Positions 23,247-35,196 of a stretch of DNA of 64,000 nucleotides are shown here, piece after piece. Location of the stretch: the NCBI RefSeq assembly GCF_021028975.2, contig NC_059432.1, positions 77,376,001 through 77,440,000 on the forward strand. Direction: 5' to 3'. Under the pieces are notes generated by a model that ran no database searches, was not told the DNA's origin, and saw only the letters and a program-made list of their open reading frames with translations. Each line of letters starts with the position of its first letter. The stretch's first letter is position 1. The DNA is from Sphaerodactylus townsendi. Taxonomy: Eukaryota. The translations under genes were made by a program, and so were the position numbers.

Positions 23247-24425
23247 TGGGTATAAAGTTTGTAAACAAACAAACAAATAAATAAATGAAATCTCCAGGTA
23301 GTGGAGCCACTAAAACCCATCTTAAACAAGATTCTTGCTGCATGAACATTTGGTAAAGATTTGCTTACTGACCAAGCATCATATTTAAATAGAAGGGTGA
23401 TAAACTAGTCTCAACATTCTGTGCCTTCTGGGCATGCTCAGTCCCTGTCAAGCTCCCCCCACCCCCCGCCCTAGATTCAGTTAATTTACAAAGTATTTTT
23501 AAAAAATTGCTGGAAGACTACTGGATATGTAGAGATTTCTACCTTGTTTGTTACTTTTATGATTGGCATGGGGGTCAGCCATTTAATATTATTAAATACA
23601 ATGTCTGCACATAATTTTTGCATAGTTTGCATGGCCTTTGTGCTCTTGCAAAGCCCATTTGCCTTTTGCATATTTTAATTTATCTTTACAGACTGAACAG
23701 GATATGATGTGTTGTGACTTCTTTTGACTAAATTGCTTGCTGTTTTAAGCATCTACTGCATTTTGCCACCAGAGCAGCTGTGTTTCTGCAAGGAGTGAAG
23801 TCATTCCTACATATTCATTAAGTGACTATATTCTGCTGACATTTCCCCCCATATTAGACCACCATTGCTTCAACCAAGAGGGAAAATTTGTTTGTTTATT
23901 TTTTGAAGCAGTGACTTCCATAGACTCAAAATATCTCGAAGTGCTTCAATTTCTGTGCTTTCTAAATTTTCTAACAGGGTTCAAAAAAACCAAATCCAAA
24001 ATACCAAAAAATGCAGTGACTACTCTGAAAATGTTGATGTGTCAGTAAACTGTGTTTGTATCGCTTGTCCAGGCACAGTTAGAGCAAGCAGAGTCCCAGG
24101 GGTGCCGGAAGCATCTCAAAGGTTTGCCTTGGACTTGGCTGATGAATGAGCAGTTCTGGGAGGTGATGAGAAACATAAACTATGCATGTTGCTGTCTCTC
24201 ACACTGCTAGCCCCAACAGTGTTGCCAGTGATTGAATGCTTGGGCAAGGATCTGGCCCTGGATGCCAAGCAAAACAGTCTGAAGTGCTGCTGTTGGTGTG
24301 CATGCCAGGTGAAACTGAGAGAATATATTAAATCAGGAACTTGAAATCAGGGAAGAAGCTTTATTGTGAACTTCTTGCTATCATGGATGATAGGATTCAA
24401 TTTTGTATGTTTGTTTGGGTCTGTG

Positions 24426-24428
<3 letters not shown>

Positions 24429-24460
<32 letters not shown>
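24429..24460. repeat. (GA)16 microsatellite
   Basis: Direct reading. Confidence 0.97.
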
Positions 24461-24463
<3 letters not shown>

Positions 24464-24483
24464 ATTACATTGTGAAACTCTAT

Positions 24484-25021
24484 GGCTGTTTCCGCACAGG
24501 CAGAAAACAGCACCCTAGGGACAGTAAAACACCATCCTTGGGGCGCTGTTCGCACAGCTGGCGCTACCGTGCTCGCCTCCCTCAAGTGGCGCGAAAATGC
24601 TGCTTTCAAAACTCACTCAATGAGTGAGTTTTTTTTAAAGCAGCGTCTTCCACGCACTGCCATGCAAACAGCAGCAGGTGGAAGGCAGTGTTTCCCCCCT
24701 CCACTTTCTCCCCCCTCTTACCTTCTCTTGGCTGCTGTCCCTGTAGTGAAGCCAGGGGACACACCTCCTGACCTCTTTCCCTACAGGCGTCACCATGGCT
24801 AAGGGGGCGTGTTTCCTGGCCTCTCTACAGCGACGGCAACCAAGAGGAGGTAAGAGGGGGGGGGGAAGCGGCATGCCCCATCCAAAGGTGGCCCTGCTGG
24901 GTCTTCGGGGCTGCTGGGTCACTGAGGCCATTTGCAGAATGGTGTGCAAACGACCTCAGGGGGTGCACCAACTGCAGTTATGTTGGTGCACCCACGCTTG
25001 CTTGCCTGTGCGGAAACAGCC
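24484..25021. mobile_element. PIF/Harbinger-like MITE
   Basis: TIRs ggctgtttccgcacaggca / tgcctgtgcggaaacagcc; flanks tat / tta; internal hairpins. Confidence 0.85.
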
Positions 25022-26544
25022 TTAGTGTTTATCAGACATCTAAATCACTGTGGATTCAGGCAGTAGGGTACAGAGAGCTAAAAGGGCAGTGAAAGTAAAA
25101 CTGAAGTTTGTAGTGACTGAATTTGACTGCGACAAAAGCAAGTTAACCACCAAATGAACTGAACTAAACCAACCCATTTTAACCAAATAGAGGGAGGGTT
25201 GGATCAGCCAGTTTTTTCTTTCATTCTTACCTAACTCCCCTCCTTACTACACCCCAATTGTACCTGCTTTTTGTCCATGGAGATCCCACAATTCCCAGAA
25301 TAATCTTTTTGATTTGCAAAGGGACCATCTCCTCCCTTTTTAAGCAAACAGAAAATCTTTAACAATGTAGTATCCAGTTCATCTTATTAAAAAGCTTGGG
25401 TAAAAACAGAGCACAGGACAAAGAAATCACGAATGCATGCTAGTTGATTGCCATTAGGTTTTCATGAGTTTATAAATATATTGATAATAGATTTTAATGG
25501 CATTGTTTAACTATAAATAACTTTGAAGCCTTTATTCAGGTGGTCTCCGCATGCTGACTTCAGTTTCTGGAAACCGGACAAAGTGCACAATAATTCTCTT
25601 TTGATAAATGTTTTCTAACCTGTGAATTACTGGGTAATTCAATATTGAAGATTATAGAGAAAAAGTGTTTACCTCAATAAGTGCCTTCCAGCCAACCACC
25701 TGTCAGAACAAATAACTGAATGCAACAAAACTGCATTTAATATGAGGCTAAGTGACAGAGTTCTTGACCTTGAAGCCCTGCTTCAAGCATCGAACAATGC
25801 ATGTTACATCTGCACATGAAATTGTGCCGTCTAGAGAGGCTGCTCTGAACGTGATCCTTTTGCAAGACATTCTCATCCATCCGTTGCACCGATGAACTTA
25901 CATGAAAGATTACAAAAATATTTAAACGTGCAGGAAGTGCTTTTTCTGGATATGGGAATATTTGCATAATTTGTTGCTGACACTGAAGTTCTTATCAATA
26001 CGAGATTTTCAGTTCAGATTTTTTTGACATCCGCCTTAGCATTTGGTGGTGGAAAAACAATGTATTACTACAGAAAGTAGTTCCCCGGTCCCAAGTCAAT
26101 TCCAATTTACTTTTTATTTAGCTGTGTTTTGAAACCCGCAATCCAGAAATCACAATGACTGCATTTCATCCACTAATTTACCATAACACAATCATAACAA
26201 TACATAAACATTTGGCTGGCTTATGTGCATTTCTAACTGGTCATGGTTACATTACCAATCAGGAATTAAATTTTGATGTATACTAATGTAGCTTTGGGAT
26301 TGCACAAAACTTCAGCTTCTAGGAAGCGAAAGAAGGAAAGACCCTCATGTACTCATTTCCTCAAACTTTGGGAATGTTCACTTGGTGGAAACCAAACCAC
26401 CTGGTTAATACTTGCATGAAAACTAGCATTATTGAGTTCTGAGCTAAATCTTTAACAGATTAATTATGCATTATATGCAGTTAGATCACTTTCTGACTGT
26501 TTCTGCCCAGCACAAATAAAACATATTAAGACAGGAAAATAAAA

Positions 26545-27081
26545 TATTTTCTGCAGGAATTCCGCAGTTTTTTTTAAGCATAAAACGTTTTGGAAACATT
26601 TTATTTACCCACAAAATATTTTATTTGGATCTGCTAAACTTGTGATTTTTTCCCCCAAAATGTTTTCAAAATGTTTCCTGCCTTCTGTGCAGAGATCAGG
26701 AAACACATGCAGGCCGGCAGGGCCTGGGGAGGGTAAAAGCTGGCCTGTGTGGAGGCCAGGGGGTGGGCTTGGGGGGCAGGGCTGCCTGCCACGAAGCCCT
26801 GTCCCTGGCCTCCATGCAGGCTGAGAACCACCCTCCCAGCCTCTGTTCAGGCCGGCAGGATCTGGGGAGGGCAAAATCTGGCCTGTATGGAGGACGGAGG
26901 GCAGGGTTCAGCAGCAGTGGGTGGCCCAGGTGGGCACCGTGGCTGCCTGCTGCCGAGCCCTGCCCCGCACCTCACTGCAGGCCGGCTCCTCAGCAGGCCT
27001 GCTGGGAGGCAAGGGTAGGGCTTCGTGGCATGCGCCCAGAGACATGGGTGACCCCATGTCCCTATAGTCTGTACACCTCTG
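26545..27081. mobile_element. GC-rich probable DNA-transposon remnant
   Basis: Repeated gcaggcc/ggcctg motifs and an hAT-like end gtacacctctg; left end not defined. Confidence 0.4.
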
Positions 27082-27266
27082 TTGATAGTCATGTTAGTCT
27101 GTCTATAGCAATAGAAAAGACCAAAACTCTAGTAGTAGCCTAAAGATTAACAAAAAATTATGGCAGGGTATGAACTTCCATGAAGTGAGCCATGACTCAC
27201 AAAAGTTCATACTCTGCCAGAAATTTTGTTAGTCTTTAAGGTGCTGCTAGACTCTCACTCTTTTCA
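27082..27266. mobile_element. Fold-back Penelope-like terminal repeat (second family) with decayed hammerhead
   Basis: Arms taaagattaacaaaaaattatggcagggtatgaactt / aagttcatactctgccagaaattttgttagtcttta; central tgaagtgag...ctcacaaaagttc. Confidence 0.65.
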
Positions 27267-28827
27267 GTTGGTGGAAACATTAATTATATTCTTGGATTTT
27301 TCCACACCAAATTCATACAACCTTAAATTGTGCACTACTGCTGCCTCGAAGTTAGTTTGATCGCTTCAGTTAATGGCTGGATCAATTCTCCAAAGTGGTT
27401 AGACGCTTTAGGAAAATTTTTTTCACAAACCAAACACTGATGGAGTTGCAAGAGAAAACAATCAAATAACAGCGTCTCTACATGGCCAGATAGAATGTGC
27501 TTTGAATTTTCTAAGCATTTGGCATCATTTGAATTTCCCCTCAGTTATGAGAAGAAGAATCCTATTCTTCAAGAAATAATGTCCTTTTCAAGATCAGTCC
27601 TCTGGAGATTAATAGGAGAGTGAATGAAGGTATTAGAAGTGAGTCCTTATTTTCAAATAATTGCCAACACAGCTGCTAGAGAAAACATCTATAAAATAAA
27701 GTAAGATCTTCCCATAAACCACTCAATGTCTTGGCACAGCAAGTTATACAAGCAGAGCTGTGCTGTGTTTTGTGGCAACAAATTTTTGAGTCACAGCAAA
27801 GCAGGAAGTTAAAGGTCATAGGGGTAATTTCTGCTTACGGTTACACATTTCAGCAAGTGAACATTCCACACGGAATCTCCTACATGCTTTCCTCTGGATA
27901 CAGAGGATGCCTGCCAGATTGTTTGGAGGGATTTTGGAAGAAAAACAGCAGAAAGTGTGAAGTGACTTAACTGCAGGCTTAGTTCTGCTCTCCAGTACAT
28001 TGATGCAATCCCAAAATGCTTTAGACTGACTTCAGTCCTGCAGAACTGAAGCGAAGTGTGGAATCTGTGCCGTCATCTCCTTTCCAGCTGGTTGTTTGCT
28101 TTCCTGTGTATGGATCTGAAATGAAAACAAATATGCAAATGGCTCAGAATAGAAGACAATTTTCACAACCAAAGGCACATCAGAGACAAGGGTTTATGAA
28201 ATCAGGACATATGAAAAGAACTCTGCCCTTCTCCCCAGTAAGAACTCATAAGGATCATATTTCTTCTTGCCAGAATTCCTTGCATTCTTTTTCACCCAAA
28301 AATCTACTCTTAGGCACACCCCTACTGCCTTTGATGAGTCCCCCTGCCATATTAGCCTTTCCAAGACTCTTTTGCAAGTGGAATACAGAAAACAACTAAG
28401 TTTTTGATTTCAGTTACCCCCATGGGTTTACGTTCTCTTTTTTACTGCATTACACATGAAAAGGAATGAAAAGTATCATTGCAATAGATGTTTAATTGCT
28501 GTGCCCAGTCTTGGATTCCTGAACACAAATCAGGTCTATTTCACCTGAATTTTACCCCTATTACCTTCTCCCCATCTTCCCCACTTGCTTTAACATGCAA
28601 GCCCGGCATGGAGCCTGGAATTGGCAGGCAACCTGAGCAGAGCTGCATGACAGCCTCAGCCAAGGCTGATGTGTTATCTACCACCTTCGATCCTTACATG
28701 GAGCCCAGAGATGGTGGGCAGCCGGAACAGAGCTACATGCTAGTCTTGGCTGAGGTTGGCTAAGGTTGGCTCTGTTGCTCACTATTACTCACTCTGAGGT
28801 TGGCTTTGTTACTCACTGCCTCTGAAC

Positions 28828-28963
28828 CAGTGGTGGGATTCATATAATTTAACAACCGGTTCTGGTGGTGGGATTCAAATAATTTAACAAATGGTTGTTT
28901 ACAAGCATCATTTTAACAACCGGTTCTGCCGAAGTGGTGCAAACCTGCTGAATCCCACCACTG
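28828..28963. mobile_element. hAT MITE, 136 bp
   Basis: Perfect 15-bp TIR cagtggtgggattca; TSD ctctgaac / ctctgagc; internal duplication of the left end. Confidence 0.9.
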
Positions 28964-29172
28964 CTCTGAGCCCCACATGGAGCCTGCAGACAAGGTAAGT
29001 AAGGGAGAGGGGATTTGCCCTCAGTGGTGGCATGCTGAAGCAGCCCCTGAATCATGTCAAAAATTCAGGGATCTCCTTTTTGGTTCTGTTTTAATTGTTG
29101 CCGTTTTGTTTTGGGTGATCCTCCCCATAACAATAAGATATATTGGGTTTTTTTTTCTTCAGTTTGGGTTTT

Positions 29173-29900
29173 GCTGAACACATGGCACACATAACAGAAG
29201 AATGGACCCCACTCTTAGATGAAGTAGAATGCATTCCAGCAGTTGTGCTGCAGCCAAGTGTCAGCTGTGGCTTGTCAGTCTGAGGTCAAGGGAGACAGCA
29301 GTCCCAAGTCAAGGTGGGCACAGACATTGTTGGAAAGTCCAAAGTCAAGGCAGGCACAGATGTGGTCAGGCTGTCCAAGGTCAGGTAGTCCAGAGTTCAG
29401 GCAGGCAAGACTAAGAATGGGGGTTCAAGGCATGGAGCAGGGAACCAGGTGTGTAGAAACACACTTGTTGCATCCCAGAGTGTGTAGAAATACACTTGTT
29501 GCATCCCAGAGAAACACACTTGTTGCACCCAAGCAGAACCAAGCCCAAGTCAGGGTTTCTATAAGATGCCCTTTCTAATAAGGCCCAGATGCTGCATAGT
29601 CTCAGTCCTCCTCTGATGTTGCTACTTCTAGCTCACAGAGCCTTTTGCCATATCAAGCACTTCTATGTAGGCACTTCTTTTATTACAGAGCTGCTGTGCT
29701 ATTTCTTCCTTTGTCTTGTGTGTGCACTGGCTCATCACTTAGTTTCATCTGGGGCTGCTGAATGCTCTCGCTGCTGCACTGCATCTAGCTCAGTCTTAGC
29801 TGTCAGGAATGGGTTTGGCTATATTAGTCGGATCTCCTCTTGAGAAGATAGTTCCCAGTTTATGGTGTCATCTGGCTCTGCATCTGATTCCTTGTATCCT
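29173..29900 (-). mobile_element. Probable decayed LTR
   Basis: Tandem gtcc.a.gtcaagg motifs and a 31-bp tandem (gtgtgtagaaa.acacttgttgcatcccaga); boundaries uncertain. Confidence 0.4.
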
Positions 29901-30365
29901 GGGGGTTTGTTCATTAAAGCAGTTATTTAAAATAATAACTGGAAGTCCAATGCAGTTGAGGGGGGGGGGCAGAATAGCCATAGAAAACTTGGGCTCTCCC
30001 CAATGCAAGGGTGGGGGGTAAAATGGTTCCCAGGCCCTGGAGATGAGCTGTATTTTCAGGGGAACAACAGGTCTCACTTATCTTGGGGAAGTTCTTGTTG
30101 AATATATAATGAAAATACTATTCTACTTTTATTTCAGATCCTGCACTCTTTTGTTTTTGTGTAATGTATTGGCCTTAATCTGTGATGTAAATCCCATTTA
30201 GCTATCCTTCATGATATGTAGGTGTTGCATGTTCAGTGCTCCAGGCCCCTGCTGTCATCCAGCTCATAGAAAGAGATTGACAGAGAAAGTACCTCCATCC
30301 TAAGACAACTTCATCAGCTGGCTGACTGCAACAAGAGGCATACAGGGGTATAAGAGAAAGTGGAT

Positions 30366-31396
30366 ATTTATTTGTTTTATTTATTTATGTATATGCCACC
30401 TTTCTGCCCTCACAAGATCTATCAAGGCAGCGAACAATTAAAATATACATGATAAAATCACATTTTAAAATTTTTAAAATCAACCCTCCCAGTACACATC
30501 ATTAAAACAAATTAAAAGTGGAGTTAAAATATGACATTAAAGACATCAAAACATCAATTAAAACACTGGTCAGGAAGGAGGGGTCACTGAGGGAATGCCA
30601 AACAAAACCAACAGAAACCTCTTCACCTGCTAGCAGAAGATTGCAACAGAATATCCCTGAAGGGAGAGTTCCAGACCTTTGGTGTCATGACTAAGAAGGT
30701 CCTCTCCCAGACCTAACCTTAGAAAATGATCCAGTCAAAACAGGACCCCCAGAAATTAGTACAGTGGTCAAATTGATACATAATGAAATAGGTGGTCCTC
30801 AAGGTATGTTGGACCCAAAACAAATAGGGCTTTGAAGGTCAAGACCAGCATTTTGAATTGTTCCCTGAAACCAACTGGGAGCTAGTGTAGATGAGCCAAG
30901 ATTGAAGTGATACTGTTCCTATCCAGTCAATTCAGTCAATATCTCAGCTGCTGTATTCTGTACTAATAGAAGTTTCTGAACACTTCTCAAGGCCAGCCCC
31001 ACATTGAGTGCATTGAGGCCATACACCACAGCGGCCAAATTTATTTGCCCAGGAAGGGCTGCATATGACTAACCATTCAAAGCTAGTAACAGGTACCGTA
31101 CTCCTAGCCACATTTCCCACCTGCTTATTCAGCAGTAGGCCTGGGTCCAAGAGCACCTCTGATAATTGACCTGTTCCTTCAAGAAGAGTGCAACCCCATC
31201 AAGAGTGGGTGCTACCTTAAATCCCTTGTCAGATCTTCTGTTCACCAGTAGCACTTCTATCTTTTTGAGATTAAGCTTCAGTTTATTAACCCACACCCAC
31301 ACTCCAAACATGCCTTCAAATACCAGTTCAGGATTTCTACATCCTCTTTAGGATCAGCTTTGAGCACAAGATAGAACTGAGCGTCATCTGCATATG
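30366..31396 (-). mobile_element. L2 LINE fragment (RT C-terminus to tail)
   Basis: Minus strand YADDAQFY near 31371-31394 and WVNKLKLNLKKIEVLLV; reversed (TTTA)n tail near 30370. Confidence 0.88.
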
Positions 31397-32115
31397 TTTA
31401 TAAAATCGCTCTGAAAGTGGTTGTGGAAAGTCTTTCTTTAGCTGTTTTTGTTTACATTAATTCTACGGAGAAAGGGAACTGACTAAAATAACTAGATGAA
31501 AAGAAGAAGAAAAATGACTTCTGTACCTGTATAGAAAATATTGTCAAATGAATATAGCTGCATCTACAAAGGGATTAATATATTTTTTAGAATTTGTATT
31601 TTTATAGTGTTTTTTCATTTTTCCCATTTCCATTGTTGGTGCTCCCAATTCACTTTTTTAAAATGATACATTCATGTCATTTTTTGTTATATGGCCTTTG
31701 AACCATTTTTGTGCTGAATATGCATCTGCTGCAGAAACAGACATAAACTATTTCTATTGTATTTTGTTAGCATGTTTAGAAAAGAAGTGCTATCCTGATT
31801 GGAGAGAAACCACGTCAGAAACTGGAATGTTCAAAGACTGAAAGAGAGTGGTTATGAAACCAGGTAGGATTGCTAAGAACTTAGGACGGCTGGTCTCCTT
31901 TGTATAATCCCTTATGAGTAGAAAGTACTGGCAGTTTATGATATTTTTGGTAATATCTTTATTTTTACAAATAAAACTATAGGGCATGGAAAACGGGAAA
32001 CCTTTAAAAAAGCACACTTTTTGCCAAAATGTTAGTGGACGCTTGGATGGTCCCGCCACCCCAGATTACTTTCATTCAGTGCAAACCTCAGGTCTCTCTC
32101 TCTCTCTCTCTCTCT

Positions 32116-32654
32116 GGCTGTTTCCACACAAACTTTTAAAACATTTTGAGACAGGAAAAAATGTTTCCTCCATGGAGTTCCACATTGTTTTTACCCCATT
32201 TGGTTCCCAAAAGGTATTATTTGCAGCCTCAAAATGATTTAAAAGAATGTCCTTTCAAAACTGTCCTTTTGTTGAAATATTTTGAAAACAACTTCAGTTG
32301 CCTGTGCAATCTCTTTAAGACATTTTCCATGCCTATATGCTGTTCCCAGACTTCCTCCTCAGCACCATTTTCTGGGCTTACTCCTTTCTTCCTCATCTGT
32401 TCTTTTGCAGCATTTCTGTTTTTTTAAAAAATGGGGAACCAATTAAATTTTTGAAGTATTGAACATATAAGAAGTAGAAAATTGCAGCATGAAACTTTGA
32501 AGCATTTATTCGACACAGAAATAGAAAAAAGAGAGGAAAAATAATGTAATGGCAGCCATGAATCATTTCGAGGGGATGGACATACATTGTTGTGGGGGGG
32601 GGGGGGTTTGAAAATGTTTTAGAAATGTTTTGGATTATTTGTGTGGAAAGGCCC
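32116..32654. mobile_element. AT-rich Harbinger-like MITE
   Basis: TIRs ggctgtttccacacaaa / tttgtgtggaaaggcc; symmetric aaaacatttt / aaaatgtttt subterminal motifs; abuts (TC)n. Confidence 0.65.
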
Positions 32655-34370
32655 TCCCTTTGCCCTTTGCTACCCAAATTCAATGTGCGCAGGCCATTTT
32701 TCATAGTAGCCACCAAACATTAGTGCTCATTAAAGAAACATCTTGTAGCACTTTAAAAAACCTAAGAATCTTTATGCATAGAAACTCCAACTGACCATTC
32801 ATTTTAATTAGCAAATAGTAATTATACAAAAGATTGCCAACCCATTCTTTGATTCAACGCAATTATATTTCCATCACAGAAAGACATCTGATCTTCTTCC
32901 ATTCTACTGTGAAGTCAATCTTCATTCTTTTATGGCAGAAGGCCTGCGGTAGGCAAGAATACAGCTGTACAATGGATTGCATATCCCTTTTCCTTCCTCC
33001 CAGTAACCAAAGCAGCACCTAATCCTTTTGGCTTTAAAACAAAACAAGAAAAGATTCTCCTCAATCAAATAATCCCCTGCCATTATCAGCGAGACATCCC
33101 TTTCTTGTCTGCGGTATTTTGCAGCTGTGGTGAAGAAGCTCACAAATCATCCCTGAAGGTCAATGAAATTGATAACTTCTGCTTTTGCTTGTAGGGTAGA
33201 GGTTCATCAAAGATCTATCTTCTGAGACATTCCCACTCACTGTTGACAAGCAAGGGGGAGTTGTTGGTGCCAATTGATTTCTCTTTGATTTCTCTGCTGC
33301 ATGGAGCCTTCAACGTGAGAGTCAATTTAGAGTCAAAAGCCCTGAAGTGATTTAATAGCTTCTGTGTGAAGAACAGCAGAATCCAGTAGAGCTTACAAAT
33401 CTTGAGTGTGGCATGTGCTTTGGCATGACTACAGACCAAGGCTACAGATGCTGGGCTCATTTGCCCTATTATCCCTTTCAAAGAGGTGACCTCATAACAA
33501 ACAGAAGGCTAATATTTGAAAACAAGAAATGGCTGTGGGGATTCAGGCACAAAAACAAATCCACTTTTTGTTGTTGTGATTACATAGTCACCACTATTAA
33601 TTCCAGGAAACAGCTATCACAGCAAGTATTTGCTGTAATAGCAGATTAAGATTCCCTTCCAATGAAATGAATGGCAACATGCCCAGTGAATGCAGTATTG
33701 TGCTTTGGGTTCCTAAATATAGTCTCTCTTCCAGTCTTATGAGAGCTGCTTCAAACATCACATCTCTAAATGCACAGCACTTCTATCTAGGAATTAGCAA
33801 ACAACTTCCTCGGTTGATATATTTTCTGCATTTTCCATCACATTGGTATAGTACATTGAATGAAATATTTATGTTTGTGTGAATGTTAGTCACACATGTT
33901 GCTTGGATGCTAATACAAATACTTTCTGTTTAGTAATATTTGAAGCAGCCCCAGTTGGTGGAAATTTTAAGGAAGTGAGAAGAAACACATTTTAAGGAAG
34001 TGATTTATTTTGGGACGTCTTCAATTGGGCTATACATTGACAAAATTATTTTAATTCTGTACCAAGACTTAAGAAAGGAGATGTGTGTTGGTTTTAAGAA
34101 TTCTCAAATATGTTACCATGAGATTCAAATCAGATGTCTTCCTATTGTTCCTATGCATAGAAAATGGCAGATTTTCTTGAGCAGACTTTCACCACCAAAT
34201 TGTATCAAAATATTAGGGAATCTCCCTAATTTTGAAGTATGTTGAACAAAGGGATCTGATTATATAGCACCTTGAATAAAGTATATCCAGCTTTCCTCTC
34301 AGCATGACAGAAGGAACAAAAATGGCTTCCAGTTTTATGGAGCAGTGGGGTTTTTTTTTTACCAAACTTA

Positions 34371-34511
34371 GGCTCATTCTGCACATGCAGAATAATGCAC
34401 TTTCAAACTGCTTTCAGTGCTCTTTGAAGCTGTGCGGAATGGCAAAATCCATTTGCAAACAGTTGTGAAAGTGGTTTGAAAATGCATTATTTTGCGTGTG
34501 CGGAAGGGGCC
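34371..34511. mobile_element. 141-bp Harbinger-like MITE
   Basis: TIRs ggctcattctgcacatgcagaataatgcactttcaaac / gtttgaaaatgcattattttgcgtgtgcggaaggggcc; flanks tta / ttt. Confidence 0.85.
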
Positions 34512-35059
34512 TTTGTTACACCAGAGTGTAGTGTCTGTCAAATAAGATGCCCATCAGCCCCACCATTTGTGTTGTGGAGACGTAGTAGATTTTTTAAATT
34601 GAGGCAAGTTGACGTCACATTGCAGTTGGTTTGCTTGGGGTATAGGAGGGAAGTGGATTGTGAAGTCTGTCTGTGCAGAAGTACATGCTGCAGAAAAGCT
34701 TCATTCTTCTGCCAAACAATGTAGGGGTAACCACATGAGCAGCATGAATGATGTTTTCCTGGACTTTGGGGGTCAAATAATGTGCACACAATAAACAATA
34801 ACAGACAAACTACTTGGAAGCACATTAAAGGGAAGGCATAAGATCAAACAAACCAGAAATTAATCTGCACACAATCCAAAACAACACCAGAAATATTACC
34901 TTTTCCAAACTATCCCAACCCAGTGACCAAATGTCAACTCCTCACTAAATTAATAAATTTGTAAATTAATAATAAAAATGGATCAAATGAGTCTAAGAAA
35001 ATCCTTTTGAGGGTGTGGCCACTTTTGTGGCCACAGGGTGGTGGGGGCAACAACAAAAA

Positions 35060-35196
35060 NNNNNNNNNNNNNNNNNNNNNNNNNNNNNNNNNNNNNNNNN
35101 NNNNNNNNNNNNNNNNNNNNNNNNNNNNNNNNNNNNNNNNNNNNNNNNNNNNNNNNNNNNNNNNNNNNNNNNNNNNNNNNNNNNNNNNNNNNNNNN
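35060..35196. other. Assembly gap (137 N)
   Basis: Run of n. Confidence 1.

Larger units (their letters stand above)
21860..23285 (+). mobile_element. L2 LINE 3' fragment hosting two nested insertions
   Basis: caattcaaggtgctggtgctaact...ttaggaccagcagacctgaaggac encodes QFKVLVLT...LGPADLKD; tail aaacaaacaaataaataaat. Confidence 0.75.

Noticed and set aside
25737-25967. 76-aa minus-strand ORF
   Set aside because: No recognisable motif; the candidate exon 25902-26067 has stops in all three frames
29270-29530. Short repeats with variable spacers resembling a CRISPR array
   Set aside because: Degenerate, irregular units inside an LTR-like vertebrate repeat; no cas genes
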